A stretch of 63,936 nucleotides of DNA, counting the filler, from Octopus bimaculoides (taxonomy: Eukaryota): the NCBI RefSeq assembly GCF_001194135.2. It is 4 parts of 3 records of this genome, joined end to end, with 100 filler letters (N's around TTAATTAATTAA, not from the genome) between each part and the next. Parts side by side here need not be neighbours in the genome. Positions count along the whole stretch, not along the records: positions 59,523 to 63,936 come from NC_069010.1; 3 more parts are not named here. One strand, given 5' to 3'. Shown here in pieces: positions 63,268 through 63,936 of the stretch. Both the position numbers and the translations under genes were made by a program. Every line of letters begins with the position of its first letter. The first letter of the stretch is position 1. The notes under the pieces were generated by a model. It was not told the origin of the DNA. It was given only the letters and a program-made list of their open reading frames with translations, and searched no databases.

Positions 63268-63585
63268 GAAATAACCCAGATTCTCATTCAAGGAATTTTC
63301 GCTTTTTATGTGATAGGACGAGACATATGAAATGTGTAAAAAGAAAGATGTATAAATAAATAAGCATAAGAAGGATAGGAACACGAGTCAGATATGAAAG
63401 TGAGGCTGAAGAGTGTCTGAAGTGGGGAAAAGATGGGTCTGAAACTCCGTATTAATATCAAAAAGTTAGAGGTTAGGATACAATACCAACATCCATGCAT
63501 GTATTGTTGTGCAAGCACCAAAGGACAGATAACTGTGTGTTATGCTATTAGCAGAATTCCTTGAATTAGAACCTGGGTTATTTTC
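63268..63585. repeat. ~35-bp imperfect inverted repeats around a ~245-bp spacer
   Basis: gaaataacccagattctcattcaaggaattttcgct versus agcagaattccttgaattagaacctgggttattttc. Confidence 0.6.
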
Positions 63586-63897
63586 GAAATTTCTGTTTCC
63601 TGTTTTCTTCTAGGAAGAGACAAGACATGATTTGGAGCTCCTAAACGCCTGAAGAGTGTTTAACGAAATCGTTATGTGAGGCGTGCATGAAACAGCTGGT
63701 AGCCAAACAACTATAGTGAATTAACAGTTGATTGGATTATGTAATTAAACCATAACAACCTAGAATTAAGAGGGCTTCTGATATGTATGAGAGGCTCACA
63801 TTCGTTTTGTGTGTGTGTGTGTGTGTGTGTATTCATACGTGTGCAACAGTGTATATCTTAATGTTTCAGTCATTTCACTGCAGCCATGCTGGAGCAG

Positions 63898-63936
<39 letters not shown>

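Noticed and set aside
63640-63690. CTGAAGA gtgtttaac GAAA motif
   Set aside because: No NUH triplet in register with helix I, and helix III is poor.

Overview
Repeat-rich, gappy animal genomic DNA, most likely Octopus (inferred from the SINE families and microsatellite load). Two convergent protein genes can be reconstructed exon by exon. MTERF3 is complete (+, 5 coding exons, 41031-51227, 466 aa). The other is the last four exons of a CCDC60-like gene (-, 58848-55496). Two intact tRNA genes lie upstream of MTERF3: Arg-TCT (+) and initiator Met-CAT (-). Most of the rest is mobile-element debris: at least four SINE families, RTE LINE fragments, and decayed Penelope-like, Helitron, hAT and pogo-like transposase relics, plus several MITEs and satellites. 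The most notable unexplained signal is a set of six type I hammerhead-ribozyme-like motifs in five unrelated sequence contexts. All have a palindromic helix III, and three have an extended helix II with an internal loop. One sits inside a TTAA-flanked TIR element on the sense strand of an MTERF3 intron, and two form the arms of a fold-back element. Also notable are a ~390-bp tandem array built from an RTE C-terminal fragment and two MITE families with central telomere-like repeats. All alignments and folds were done by eye, and none of the ribozymes is shown to be active.
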